Origin: a virus
Direction: 5' to 3' (one strand)
Length of the DNA stretch: 64,000 nucleotides
Virus record (IMG/VR): IMGVR_UViG_3300037258_001099
Coordinates: 72,991 to 136,990 of that record
The translations under genes were made by a program, and so were the position numbers. Below the pieces are notes generated by a model. It saw nothing but the letters and a program-made list of their open reading frames with translations, had not been told where the DNA came from and did not search any database. Within the stretch, counting starts at the first letter, position 1; each line of letters begins with the position of its first letter. This document shows, piece after piece, positions 28,451 through 37,278 of this stretch.

Positions 28451-29533
28451 AGAGTGCCATCGCTCCGAGAGATCTTTCTTACGGATAGTTCCGCATCCTG
28501 AGCATGTCTGACTTGTGTAGGCTGGATTCACAAAGAGGACTGTCCGCCCAGCATTTGCAGCTTTGGCTTTGACCATCTCTGTAAAGCTATGCCATCCCAC
28601 ATCATTGATACTTTTGTTAAGACCTGCCTTGGTGCTTGCTCCATTAGGTAGGTACTTCCCGTTTCCATCCTGCTTTGCCTTTGGTCTCTTGCTCAGATTG
28701 GCGGGTGCCAAATCTTCAAACACGATTATCTGGTAGCGATTGACCAGCTTTCTGGACTCTTTGTGGTGAAAGTCTCGTCTCTGGTTACGCACTTTGCGAT
28801 AAGCTTTGGAAACTGTCTTGACGGCGTTCTTACGCCTGTGAGAACCGCGCCTCTTACGGGAGAGTGTCTCTTGCAGCTTCTTGAGCTTATTCTCAGATTT
28901 TCGATAATGACGCGGATTATCGATCATTTTACCATTCGAGAGAGCAGCAAAATGCGCAATACCCAAGTCTATGCCTACATCCTCATAAGCTACTAGCAAC
29001 TTCTCAGCTTCGACTTCGCAGACAAATGTCACATACCAGTGCTCACCCTCACGTTTGATCGTACATGTCTTAATCTTGCCTTCAATAGGACGATGAAACC
29101 TGATGTTGATTGAGCCAATTTTTGAGAGATTGAGCTTAGCATGCTTCTTCTCACCAACTTTGAGCTTCCATCCCTGCAATTCAGGATAAACAAAGCTATC
29201 ATAGCGGTTGTACCCCTGAAATCGAGGAAATCCTGGCTTTTCTCCACGTCTTACTCGTTTGAAGAAGCCTTGGAATGCTAAGTCAACACGCTTTATCACG
29301 TTTTGTAGTACATGGGCGCTAATATCTTTATACTCAGTCCTGATTGCTTTGATCTCTGGAAGATCGCCCTGTTGGTCATAATAGCTGATTGATTTGCGTT
29401 TATACTTCCAAGCTTCTTTTCGTTCTTGCAAAGCAGCGTTGTAGAGCTCTCTACACCGATCAAGAATCCATTGCAGCTTCTCAGCTACTTCTTTATTTGG
29501 ATAAAGGCGATATCTAAAGCTTTTCATGTTCAT
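28340..29533 (-). CDS. tnpB: TnpB RNA-guided endonuclease
   Basis: N-terminal YRLYPN..CRELYNAAL.ER; RuvC GIDLG, FEDL and DRDVNAAVNI; Zn finger TSQTCSGC..CACG. Confidence 0.95.
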   Translation of the reverse strand: MNMKSFRYRLYPNKEVAEKLQWILDRCRELYNAALQERKEAWKYKRKSISYYDQQGDLPEIKAIRTEYKDISAHVLQNVIKRVDLAFQGFFKRVRRGEKPGFPRFQGYNRYDSFVYPELQGWKLKVGEKKHAKLNLSKIGSINIRFHRPIEGKIKTCTIKREGEHWYVTFVCEVEAEKLLVAYEDVGIDLGIAHFAALSNGKMIDNPRHYRKSENKLKKLQETLSRKRRGSHRRKNAVKTVSKAYRKVRNQRRDFHHKESRKLVNRYQIIVFEDLAPANLSKRPKAKQDGNGKYLPNGASTKAGLNKSINDVGWHSFTEMVKAKAANAGRTVLFVNPAYTSQTCSGCGTIRKKDLSERWHSCACGCELDRDVNAAVNILTLGQKQLLGRTSLTLETA

Positions 29534-29696
29534 CTTTTTGCTTCTCTCCTTTCCTTTTCGCGGCATAATCTCTCAATATCCAAATAATCTCACCATTGAA
29601 TGAACGTTCATCTTCCTGTGCAAACTGTTTCGTGTCTTGCCAAACATCCACAGGGAAACGAACTTGTACTTTTTGTTCCGAATGTTTCTCTTTCAT
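29514..29696 (-). CDS. Arc-family ribbon-helix-helix DNA-binding protein
   Basis: VQVRFP.DVW......A..DERSFNGEIIWIL; probably leaderless. Confidence 0.8.
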   Translation of the reverse strand: MKEKHSEQKVQVRFPVDVWQDTKQFAQEDERSFNGEIIWILRDYAAKRKGEKQKDEHEKL

Positions 29697-29702
29697 GTAC
29701 CT

Positions 29703-29731
29703 ATTATACACCTATTTTAGATGTATGTCAA
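29703..29731 (-). promoter_or_regulatory. Consensus sigma70 promoter for arc-tnpB
   Basis: TTGACA-17-TATAAT; predicted +1 falls at about the A of ATG 29696. Confidence 0.85.
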
Positions 29732-29738
29732 TGATAAT

Positions 29739-29759
29739 TAATCGACTTTTTCTTAAATC
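29739..29759 (-). repeat. Dispersed motif copy GATTTAAGAAAAAGTCGATTA
   Basis: One mismatch to the 38618 copy over 21 bp. Confidence 0.8.
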
Positions 29760-29804
29760 TCTCGGGACTATCATGAGTTTTCTCTCCTGATTTATACTCT
29801 CTTC

Positions 29805-30863
29805 ATGACAAATTCTCAAGACCCGTTTCACCAGTATCCCGCAAAGTACCCTAAAGCCAGACGCAAAGCTGTGGAAGTTGCTGGGCATATCCACAGGTTG
29901 GTTAAGAATGGGCCGCGTACTGTTGTGGGTACGGTTGTTGACACCAGCTTCCACACGTCTGCTGGCTATGTCAGTTGCACTACGCAGCTTGGAAGCATCG
30001 TGAATGTGTTCGGCGTTCCATACGGCTCTGTGGTAAACGGTATGCGGATTTTCTGTCGTCAGATTGGAGGAGCAGCAACCAATAGATCCTATGTCTATGA
30101 TGGAGCAGCACCCAATCTCTCTGGATTGGGATACACAGGAAGTTTTGCCTATAACACTACTTTTACAGGAAGTCCCTCGGCCATTGCTCTCACCTTTGGA
30201 GGCGCTGTCCCTACCTCGGCCAGCATCATAACAGCGCAAGGTTATTTTGCTTACTGGTTTTTCTACATTCCCGCGCTTCCCACAAGTAATGCCATCCTCT
30301 GGCAATTAGTAAATGGAACGAATGTGCTTTCCTGCACGTATCTACCCAATGGTCGTCTGCAAATAAGCTCACAAGACGGACACGGCTACGCCACAACTGC
30401 CCCTGTCTCTGCCCACAATGTCCACTGGTGTATCTTGCAGCCTGGCCTCTCTGGCCTAGAGCTCCTTGTTGATATGGTGGCAGCCTATAGCGGCTTGCTC
30501 TCTTCTCCTGATATTCCAACATTTATTGGTGGCAGCTCAGGGTACCAGCTTTCCTTGCTTTCTGATCTTTTTGGAAATAGTCTTTGTCCTCTTGGCACCT
30601 GGATTAGCAAATTCTCAGTCGGCACTGCCTGGAATACTGTCTACGTGCCACAACTTCAGTCACTGGGAACAGGCCTTGGTAGTGTGCCAAGCTTAGATAG
30701 CGAGCTTCCTTGTGCCACAGCACAGCAAGACGTTTCCCTAACATACGAGCTCCTCTGTGAAGACGTGATAGGATCAAGCAACTTGGTCGATTCTGCCGGA
30801 GCTGGGGGAACAAATATCTTCATCTCGTCAGGAGGCGCAGTCCAAGCCATAGGTCCCTATTAG
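29805..30863 (+). CDS. Putative minor tail/receptor-binding protein (OB-like N-terminus, LamG-like beta sandwich)
   Basis: G/S/T-rich beta composition; co-oriented with structural and holin genes. Confidence 0.5.
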   Translation: MTNSQDPFHQYPAKYPKARRKAVEVAGHIHRLVKNGPRTVVGTVVDTSFHTSAGYVSCTTQLGSIVNVFGVPYGSVVNGMRIFCRQIGGAATNRSYVYDGAAPNLSGLGYTGSFAYNTTFTGSPSAIALTFGGAVPTSASIITAQGYFAYWFFYIPALPTSNAILWQLVNGTNVLSCTYLPNGRLQISSQDGHGYATTAPVSAHNVHWCILQPGLSGLELLVDMVAAYSGLLSSPDIPTFIGGSSGYQLSLLSDLFGNSLCPLGTWISKFSVGTAWNTVYVPQLQSLGTGLGSVPSLDSELPCATAQQDVSLTYELLCEDVIGSSNLVDSAGAGGTNIFISSGGAVQAIGPY

Positions 30864-30966
30864 AAAGTAGCCTCTCTTGCTGCTGTCCCCCTAGAATGAT
30901 CGTATCCCTCTACACGGGAGGGTAGATTTTGGGAGATTGCTACTTTACCTTTGGGAGGATTTTTCT

Positions 30967-31818
30967 ATGGCCCTTACCACCACACAAATAACCCAGATAA
31001 CAGATTCACTTGCTAAAGGCTGTGACGACTTTAATACCGCCTTTATCCTCAACACCAACACTAACACACCACTCTACTCCACCATTGTTACTGGTGTCTC
31101 AGGGACCGGAGCAAGCCAGACTTTGGGAAGAGTTTTGAACTTTTTGGAGCTCGCATCTGAAGTCAATATGCTTGGCAAGATGCAAGCAGTTGCCGCTACC
31201 GTGACTTCCTATATCGCCTCGATCAGGTCACTGGCTGGGTACTATCAAACGCTCTACCCAGTACTGGACGCGCTTGACCTCTCCATCTCTGGTGGACTCA
31301 ACGCCTTTCTCACAACAAACTCACTTCAGGTAAGTGCCCATGTAGCCACTGCTTTCAATAACTACCAGAATGTAGCAGTAGCCGCAGGCTTCCGTAGCGC
31401 AGGGAACATCCCTACAGCTATTGCTGTGCCAAACTACTTCCCATACGCAGTAGTAGACGATATGTGGGATATGACTGCATCTGGTGCTACAACTTTCTCA
31501 GCTAACTTAGTGGGCGCAAATACGTCTACAGCCGTTTCAGGAGGGGGATCAGCGCAATTATACATATACAAGGTCAATGCGGGAAATGCCGCTGGAGGAG
31601 CAACCTTTACAATTACCTATACAAATGCTCTTGGCGGATCATCCCAGGCAACGTACAGCACTGTCTCTGGTACTCCAACAGCCTCCGGCTCTCTTGCTGC
31701 TGGTTTCTCTATATCTGGAGCCATTGTTCAGGCTGTCACGGCTGTCACGGCTACTGGAATGACCTCTGGGGAGCAGTATCGCCTTGGATGTAAATTGCTT
31801 AGAAGCCCTGCGTACTAG
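30967..31818 (+). CDS. Putative virion structural protein
   Basis: A/T/G/S-rich; GGAGG RBS; TITYTN motif typical of tail proteins. Confidence 0.55.
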   Translation: MALTTTQITQITDSLAKGCDDFNTAFILNTNTNTPLYSTIVTGVSGTGASQTLGRVLNFLELASEVNMLGKMQAVAATVTSYIASIRSLAGYYQTLYPVLDALDLSISGGLNAFLTTNSLQVSAHVATAFNNYQNVAVAAGFRSAGNIPTAIAVPNYFPYAVVDDMWDMTASGATTFSANLVGANTSTAVSGGGSAQLYIYKVNAGNAAGGATFTITYTNALGGSSQATYSTVSGTPTASGSLAAGFSISGAIVQAVTAVTATGMTSGEQYRLGCKLLRSPAY

Positions 31819-31828
31819 GAGAACGCCT

Positions 31829-32239
31829 ATGAACAGCCAGGCAATCCGCTCTCTCTTTGCCGATCCGGTCACGATCGCCATTATCCTCACGCCACTTGGG
31901 TTACTTGCCTGCGATATTGCGACGGGCATTCTGCGAGCAGTGATGACCAATCAGTTCAAGGCTCGCCGCCTAGCTGACTTTCTAGGGACCAGCTTTATGA
32001 AGTATGTGGCAATGCTTGTTGGCGTCATTATTGTCTGGTTGGCAAGCGGGGACAGCGTTGCAACCTCTACAGCATCCTTGCTTGGCATGGGTATTCTCTC
32101 CCTCTCCATTGGGGCCTCGATCATTGAGAATATGCAGGCGCTTGGGCTTCCACCAACAGTTGAGCGTGATGCTGAAACGGTAGTCAAAGACCTGGAGAGT
32201 ATTGCAGATCCAGCAGCAAAGCCAGAGGTAAAGCCATGA
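31829..32239 (+). CDS. Phage holin (holin 4-1-like)
   Basis: Three TM segments; D..TG...A....F.....; SIIENM..LG. Confidence 0.75.
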   Translation: MNSQAIRSLFADPVTIAIILTPLGLLACDIATGILRAVMTNQFKARRLADFLGTSFMKYVAMLVGVIIVWLASGDSVATSTASLLGMGILSLSIGASIIENMQALGLPPTVERDAETVVKDLESIADPAAKPEVKP

Positions 32240-32463
32240 AGAATACGTGTCCTAAGTGCCTGACCGAGACAGGTGTGTCCATGGAGAGGATCACCAGAGA
32301 AAGCGAGAATGCTGAGGACATTGCTCATATCCCAGAAGGACTTGCAGCTATTACTGTCATGCAGTGCAGATCCTGCTGTTATGAGTGGCATAACGTTTCA
32401 CATAGCCATGTACTACAATCTCTTCGACTCTGGAATGCACCACTGCCAACAGGAAGGAGCTGA
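32236..32463 (+). CDS. Small zinc-ribbon protein
   Basis: CPKC...CRSC..EW; GAGGT RBS. Confidence 0.55.
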   Translation: MKNTCPKCLTETGVSMERITRESENAEDIAHIPEGLAAITVMQCRSCCYEWHNVSHSHVLQSLRLWNAPLPTGRS

Positions 32464-32465
32464 GT

Positions 32466-33092
32466 ATGACTCGCATTCAGTGCTTCTTATTAGAAAAAAC
32501 AGGGCGAGTGGAGGTAATGCTCCGGCGATATCGCTCACCGAGTACTTTTCCAGACACCTCTTGTCCAACTGGGTATGGATACCATAATGCTTCTTTCCCC
32601 ATTGGAGATGAAACAGAAGTATGCGATGAGCAAGGCTCTATCCAAAATGGCCGCATGGATATTCCTGCACATGATGACACCCGTTGGCCCACCACATGCC
32701 CCTGTGGTTACATCTTTGAGGAAGAAGATAACTGGCAGCGCACAGCTTACCCTCTCTACAGGAGAACTGATACTGGAGAAGAAATGGTCCTCAAGGATTT
32801 GCCAGTTGGCGCTATGTATTACGCAGAATGGCTAGATGATGTTTTTTGTCCTCAAAATGAGCATTGTCTTGTGGTACAAACTCCAGGTGGAGAGTGGATC
32901 ATCGATAGTCAAAGTTCTAATTGTTCTATGAAAGATGATTTTAGGCAAGAAAGGCACCATTGTTGGATACAACATGGATATCCACCTAATGTGACAGTCG
33001 ATAAGCAAGGCGTGAGTTGTTCAGCAGGAGGTGGAAGTATTGAATGCAATAATTATCACGGCTTCTTGAGGAATGGATGTTTAGTCAATTAA
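32466..33092 (+). CDS. Cys/His-rich protein with DUF6527-like C-terminus
   Basis: PGGEW.ID...CW..HG.PP.VT....SI....YHGFL.NG. Confidence 0.55.
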   Translation: MTRIQCFLLEKTGRVEVMLRRYRSPSTFPDTSCPTGYGYHNASFPIGDETEVCDEQGSIQNGRMDIPAHDDTRWPTTCPCGYIFEEEDNWQRTAYPLYRRTDTGEEMVLKDLPVGAMYYAEWLDDVFCPQNEHCLVVQTPGGEWIIDSQSSNCSMKDDFRQERHHCWIQHGYPPNVTVDKQGVSCSAGGGSIECNNYHGFLRNGCLVN

Positions 33093-33102
33093 TGGAGGAC
33101 GT

Positions 33103-33450
33103 TTGATGAAGATCCACATCGATACCGCTGATGAGAAAGAGAAAGCCCAGGCAAAGACCATTGCAACCAAGGGGAACGCCACAAAGTCCTCTGCAAAACA
33201 GAAGCCTGGTACCCCCATGAACACCAAGCCTGCACAGCAAAGCCAGCCGAGTCAGCAGCCACTTCCCAAGCAGAAAGCGAATTTGCCTAAGAGCCCTCCA
33301 AAAGAGCCCAAGGCTCCCAAGGATGTAGTGGCAGCACGCAAGGCACAGACAGATGTTCTTCAGGCTAGGCAACAGCGTGAATTGCAAGGGAAAACGGATG
33401 CCTTTAAGGAACAGGCAGGGGTAGGGTTTTGGCCGACCATGTTTCTCTAG
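33103..33450 (+). CDS. Basic low-complexity hypothetical protein
   Basis: GGAGG RBS; K/P/Q/A-rich. Confidence 0.65.
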   Translation: MMKIHIDTADEKEKAQAKTIATKGNATKSSAKQKPGTPMNTKPAQQSQPSQQPLPKQKANLPKSPPKEPKAPKDVVAARKAQTDVLQARQQRELQGKTDAFKEQAGVGFWPTMFL

Positions 33451-33462
33451 AGAAGGCTATGT

Positions 33463-33813
33463 ATGCAAGAACCAATAAAGGATCTCAGCTCTCTTATTGC
33501 TATGCTCAATATTCCCGTAAAGCAGGCCATTGATGTGAGTGAGCAAAACAGAAGATCTCTTGATGAGATGGCTCGCAAGATGATTATTCAGGAAGAAAGG
33601 CTTGTGAGAGTGGCAGATGAAAACAAGGAGTTACGGTTGGAGTTACGAGAAAGATCCAAAGAGCTAAAAGATCAAATATCTGTGCTTGAGGCCACTCTTC
33701 TAACAGATCAGAAAAAGCGAACCAATATGATTATCGGCTCGCAGGCCACAGTTCTTCTTCTTATTGTTGGAGCTTTTATCACGTACATTTTTCTTTTTCT
33801 GCCGAGGCACTAA
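33463..33813 (+). CDS. Coiled-coil protein with C-terminal TM helix
   Basis: Heptad-rich core plus hydrophobic C-terminus. Confidence 0.7.
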   Translation: MQEPIKDLSSLIAMLNIPVKQAIDVSEQNRRSLDEMARKMIIQEERLVRVADENKELRLELRERSKELKDQISVLEATLLTDQKKRTNMIIGSQATVLLLIVGAFITYIFLFLPRH

Positions 33814-33822
33814 GGAGTTATC

Positions 33823-34611
33823 ATGCTCAAACCACTCCTCTCTCGTTCTGGCATCGCGTATATGAGTGTATTTGTGGTCATAGCATGCCTTATCATTTTT
33901 TCCAATATCCTTACGCAGATCACCTTTGCCCAGGAAATAACAACGCGCAGTCTTGCTTCAACAATGTCGCTTCAAGAACTACGCACCCAGTCACTCTTTC
34001 GCAACGGACTGCTTGCAATTGTGCCTGCACCCCACCGAAATCAGCTCAATTCGCTTAAAGTAGATCCCATTGCCTCACTCAAAAGCAACCTTACCGCTAT
34101 CGAGGCAACCAACAAGATACTCATCAGCCCTGCGACTCTAAGTTCTACCGCAAAACAAATGAGAGCCCTTCAGCCTGACTTTATTCTCATGGATAAGGCT
34201 GGTCGTACTATCCTGGTTGATGTTGCAAGTAAAAACGCGAAGGATGCAGGTCAGCAGATTGCCATTCTCTTTATTCACGAGCAGAAGTATCTGCAAGGAA
34301 CCTACGCTGCCTACCAGGATCTCACGCGGACAGCAGATGATCAGATCAACTCTATCATGCAACTTGAGCGCATTATCCTGGCGCTTTCTCTCATCACACT
34401 CGCGGCAGAGGCACGATTTGTAGCCTGGCCGCTGATCCGAGATCACTATACACTCATCAGTGAGATTGATAATCTACGAACACTACAAGAACAGAGGAGA
34501 GAAGACCATGCCGAAGAAGACCATTCAGATACCAGTACAGATACCGGAACAGGAAACACCGCCGCAACAGGAGAAACAACTCTCGCCAACGGAGAAAAGG
34601 CGGATCATTGA
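33823..34611 (+). CDS. Two-TM protein with NarX/PilJ-like extracellular helical sensor region
   Basis: TM1, P-box-like MSLQELRTQSL, EQKYL....Y..L, TM2 ending FVAWPL; no signalling domain. Confidence 0.5.
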   Translation: MLKPLLSRSGIAYMSVFVVIACLIIFSNILTQITFAQEITTRSLASTMSLQELRTQSLFRNGLLAIVPAPHRNQLNSLKVDPIASLKSNLTAIEATNKILISPATLSSTAKQMRALQPDFILMDKAGRTILVDVASKNAKDAGQQIAILFIHEQKYLQGTYAAYQDLTRTADDQINSIMQLERIILALSLITLAAEARFVAWPLIRDHYTLISEIDNLRTLQEQRREDHAEEDHSDTSTDTGTGNTAATGETTLANGEKADH

Positions 34612-34909
34612 ACAGAGCCCAGCCGTCCACCAGGCGACTCTGGCGCTCATCCGTGGCCGCACCTTTGCAACGACACGCTTCCCGCACTACGGAGGCTTTC
34701 TCTGCAAGCTCAGGCTCGCCTATCAGGATGATAATAGGTCAGACTTTCTCTATTATCTAAGGGAGTATCTTAAAGAAGGAAATAGATATGTGTCGCAGAT
34801 CCCCGACGCACAAAAGGCAGAGAAAATCCTTGCGGATATCTCTGCCTTGGTTACTACCTACGGAACAAGAGCGGTGGCGAGCTGCGTGCTAGCTCGACTG
34901 CTTGGCTAA
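34508..34909 (+). CDS. Hypothetical protein
   Basis: GAGGAG RBS; overlaps the upstream gene. Confidence 0.55.
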   Translation: MPKKTIQIPVQIPEQETPPQQEKQLSPTEKRRIIEQSPAVHQATLALIRGRTFATTRFPHYGGFLCKLRLAYQDDNRSDFLYYLREYLKEGNRYVSQIPDAQKAEKILADISALVTTYGTRAVASCVLARLLG

Positions 34910-35145
34910 TCTCTAGGGAAGAAGAAGTCGTGAGATCTGAGCTCACGGATAATAATCTCACGCTTTTCATCGAATGTGAGCGCATCAGGGCCTAAGTCCT
35001 CACGAGTGCAAAGCCAGGCGTCAATTTCCATAGCAAGCTCGAAAATGAGTTGCCTTCCTGCGGAATCGATAAAGTCTTCGGCGTGATAGGCAACCTTCTC
35101 CTCACAAAGAGCTCTTGCTGCCTTCTTTCTTTCCTCATCATTCAT
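34906..35145 (-). CDS. Hypothetical protein
   Basis: Coupled to the upstream ORF. Confidence 0.6.
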   Translation of the reverse strand: MNDEERKKAARALCEEKVAYHAEDFIDSAGRQLIFELAMEIDAWLCTREDLGPDALTFDEKREIIIRELRSHDFFFPRD

Positions 35146-35464
35146 CAGTTTTCTCCCTGGTTAAAAGCTTGGCAATAATATCATCAATAGTCACTTCGCG
35201 CAGAACGTCATCTGCCCACCAATAGTAGTACCTATCTGTCTTGTACTTCTTACATGCATAGGCAAGGTCTAGGTAGGCTCTGTCTCCAGGCAAGAATATA
35301 TCAGTCCCACATTCGCGAATGCCCCAACCAAATTCCTGTGGGGCGTCAAGGTCCATCATTACACGGGCATCGTGTACTTTCAAGTCGTCTTTAAAAGCTT
35401 CCGGCCAGCCAAGTTCTTCCGCTTTAGCACAGATGGCTGCATATCCTTCTATATTATGTGGCAT
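35138..35464 (-). CDS. Hypothetical protein
   Basis: AGAAAGGA RBS. Confidence 0.65.
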   Translation of the reverse strand: MPHNIEGYAAICAKAEELGWPEAFKDDLKVHDARVMMDLDAPQEFGWGIRECGTDIFLPGDRAYLDLAYACKKYKTDRYYYWWADDVLREVTIDDIIAKLLTREKTDE

Positions 35465-35488
35465 GGCTCTATCCTTTCTTCTTGTCGT

Positions 35489-35719
35489 CTAACATGCGTT
35501 CTTAATTCGTGCCCACAGATGAGTGAGCATTGCCCTTGCGCCATTGAGATGGATCATTTCATCAGTAATACGCTTCCTATCTCGTGTCTGCTGGAAGCCC
35601 TCTCCTTTAATAGATTTCCCTTCCTCTGCATACTTTCTCAAATTTTCGTCGCATAACTCCATCTCTTGCTCAATGAATGCGACGATATCTTCTCTTGTTT
35701 CTAGTTCTTCCCTGGTCAT
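35489..35719 (-). CDS. Hypothetical protein
   Basis: AAAGGGAAA RBS. Confidence 0.55.
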   Translation of the reverse strand: MTREELETREDIVAFIEQEMELCDENLRKYAEEGKSIKGEGFQQTRDRKRITDEMIHLNGARAMLTHLWARIKNAC

Positions 35720-35720
35720 T

Positions 35721-36068
35721 TTAGATTTCCCTTTCCCAAAGACTCCCAAGCGTTGCCTCAAATGGCTCATCTGCTGGAATGTTCTCCTGAATATACCGGA
35801 TGATCCTCTGCCATTCACGGGTGAGGATGCCCCATTGAGTATTTGTACGAATCGCGTCCTGGATAGCAAACCCACAGAATGTTTCATTATTTACGTAGTC
35901 CTCCCAAACTTTACAGGATGTCTCACTACGTACTACTTCATAGAGTTGCCCAAGGAGATCCTTCACGGGATCTAACATATCGAGCTCATCAACATTGATG
36001 CGATGAGCCCAACCTAGATCATGCCGGTTGAGGATGGTGATTCCCTCGGCGATATCTCTTTCAAACAT
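35721..36068 (-). CDS. Hypothetical protein
   Basis: AAGGAG RBS. Confidence 0.6.
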   Translation of the reverse strand: MFERDIAEGITILNRHDLGWAHRINVDELDMLDPVKDLLGQLYEVVRSETSCKVWEDYVNNETFCGFAIQDAIRTNTQWGILTREWQRIIRYIQENIPADEPFEATLGSLWEREI

Positions 36069-36075
36069 GTGATTC

Positions 36076-36639
36076 TTACTCCTTATGGTTAAATGGCATA
36101 AAAAATGCTACAATTTTCCACTCATCACTCATCTGCTTACGGAAGGACACACGAACTGGCTGGATTTGCAGAGGATCTCCTGGCTTGTAGAGCATTTCCC
36201 AGCGAAAGTGGTAGTCAAGGTCAATTTCCATTGGAGCAAGGATGTCAGTAAGTCTTTTGTTGATCCAGACAGTAACTACCTTGTTATTGGGAGTCTCAGG
36301 TGTTCTATTCGTGAACTTGCGTACAAGAAAACCATCGAATGGTTGATAGAAGTAGTCTTTGGGGTAGACTATATGAGTATCAATAAACTCTGACGACCAT
36401 CCTTCCCATAGCCGAGATGGGTTGTGGATATGTTCCTCAAGGAAATCCGATTCATCTCTAGCCTTTATGTATGCCTTTCCGTGGACTCCAGGATCGCAAG
36501 CAGCTAAATCTTTGTGTCGCTCTACCTGAAACATCGCGCTACTCTCTCCAATAAGAAGATGCTCTTCTGTTGCATAGACCATAAGTTGTCTATCTTTGAG
36601 ATACGATGCAAGCTTCTTGATGTTAAATGGGGTCTTCAT
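36076..36639 (-). CDS. Hypothetical protein, tandem paralog A
   Basis: Shares ATEE....GE, RKFT, W.NK, PME.DL, EMLY and PVR.SFR with 36664-37227. Confidence 0.75.
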   Translation of the reverse strand: MKTPFNIKKLASYLKDRQLMVYATEEHLLIGESSAMFQVERHKDLAACDPGVHGKAYIKARDESDFLEEHIHNPSRLWEGWSSEFIDTHIVYPKDYFYQPFDGFLVRKFTNRTPETPNNKVVTVWINKRLTDILAPMEIDLDYHFRWEMLYKPGDPLQIQPVRVSFRKQMSDEWKIVAFFMPFNHKE

Positions 36640-36663
36640 ACGATGTCCGCCTTTTATCATTAC

Positions 36664-37227
36664 TTACTTCTCCTCCATGTTCTTGAAAGGAGAAAGAAGC
36701 GCAATAGGCTGCCAATCATCTTTGGCATTCATTCTAAATGAGATGCGAACAGGAACTGCCCAGTCTGGATTAGAGGGATGGTAGAGCATCTCAAACTGAA
36801 ACGCTTCCGCAAGATCCCACTCCATAGGACCAAAAATGTCTGTTGCCACCTTGTTGAGCCAAACGGTATTCTCGCCATCGGTGAACTTGCGAAGCAGGAT
36901 TCGCTCTTCTACTTGGTAGAGGTGATTAGTTGGGCAAACAATATAGGCATCGGTCATAGCTATATGCTTGTCCCATTCCTTCCTCACCCTGTCGAAAGCG
37001 TACTCTTCAAGCTCTCCCTTTTGACCTTTGTATTCCTGATGAAGTTTTGCTGGAAGGTATGGACCAAGTTCTTTGTGATACTGCTTAGTAAAGATCTGCG
37101 GTACACGAAAGAGTGAGCCCTCTTCTCCAAAGAAGACATACTCCTCTGTCGCATGGACACGATACTCTTTCCCATTTAAGTACGAGACAAGCTTTGGCGC
37201 TTTGAATGGCCGCAGTATGTGATACAT
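36664..37227 (-). CDS. Hypothetical protein, tandem paralog B
   Basis: Same shared motifs as paralog A; AGAAAGGG RBS. Confidence 0.75.
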   Translation of the reverse strand: MYHILRPFKAPKLVSYLNGKEYRVHATEEYVFFGEEGSLFRVPQIFTKQYHKELGPYLPAKLHQEYKGQKGELEEYAFDRVRKEWDKHIAMTDAYIVCPTNHLYQVEERILLRKFTDGENTVWLNKVATDIFGPMEWDLAEAFQFEMLYHPSNPDWAVPVRISFRMNAKDDWQPIALLSPFKNMEEK

Positions 37228-37278
37228 AGTATTTTCCCTTTCTAATAGAAAGAAGAGGGCAGAGAGCCCTCCTCATAA

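Larger units (their letters stand above)
28309..29738 (-). mobile_element. tnpA-less IS200/IS605-type cassette (Arc-like gene + tnpB) bracketed by 11-bp direct repeats
   Basis: tnpB, right-end hairpin and TCAC; AAAGTCGATTA at 28298-28308 and 29739-29749; left end uncertain. Confidence 0.6.

Noticed and set aside
28340-29533. TnpB as a nuclease-dead TldR
   Set aside because: All three RuvC acidic residues (GID, FED, DRD) and the Zn finger appear intact
29727-29731. TTGAC as the TAM/left-end junction of the IS
   Set aside because: It is the -35 box of a perfect promoter and I saw no clear left-end hairpin after it; not fully excluded
36076-37227. Paralog pairs as DGR template/variable repeats
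   Set aside because: Divergence is general rather than adenine-specific, and no reverse transcriptase is present
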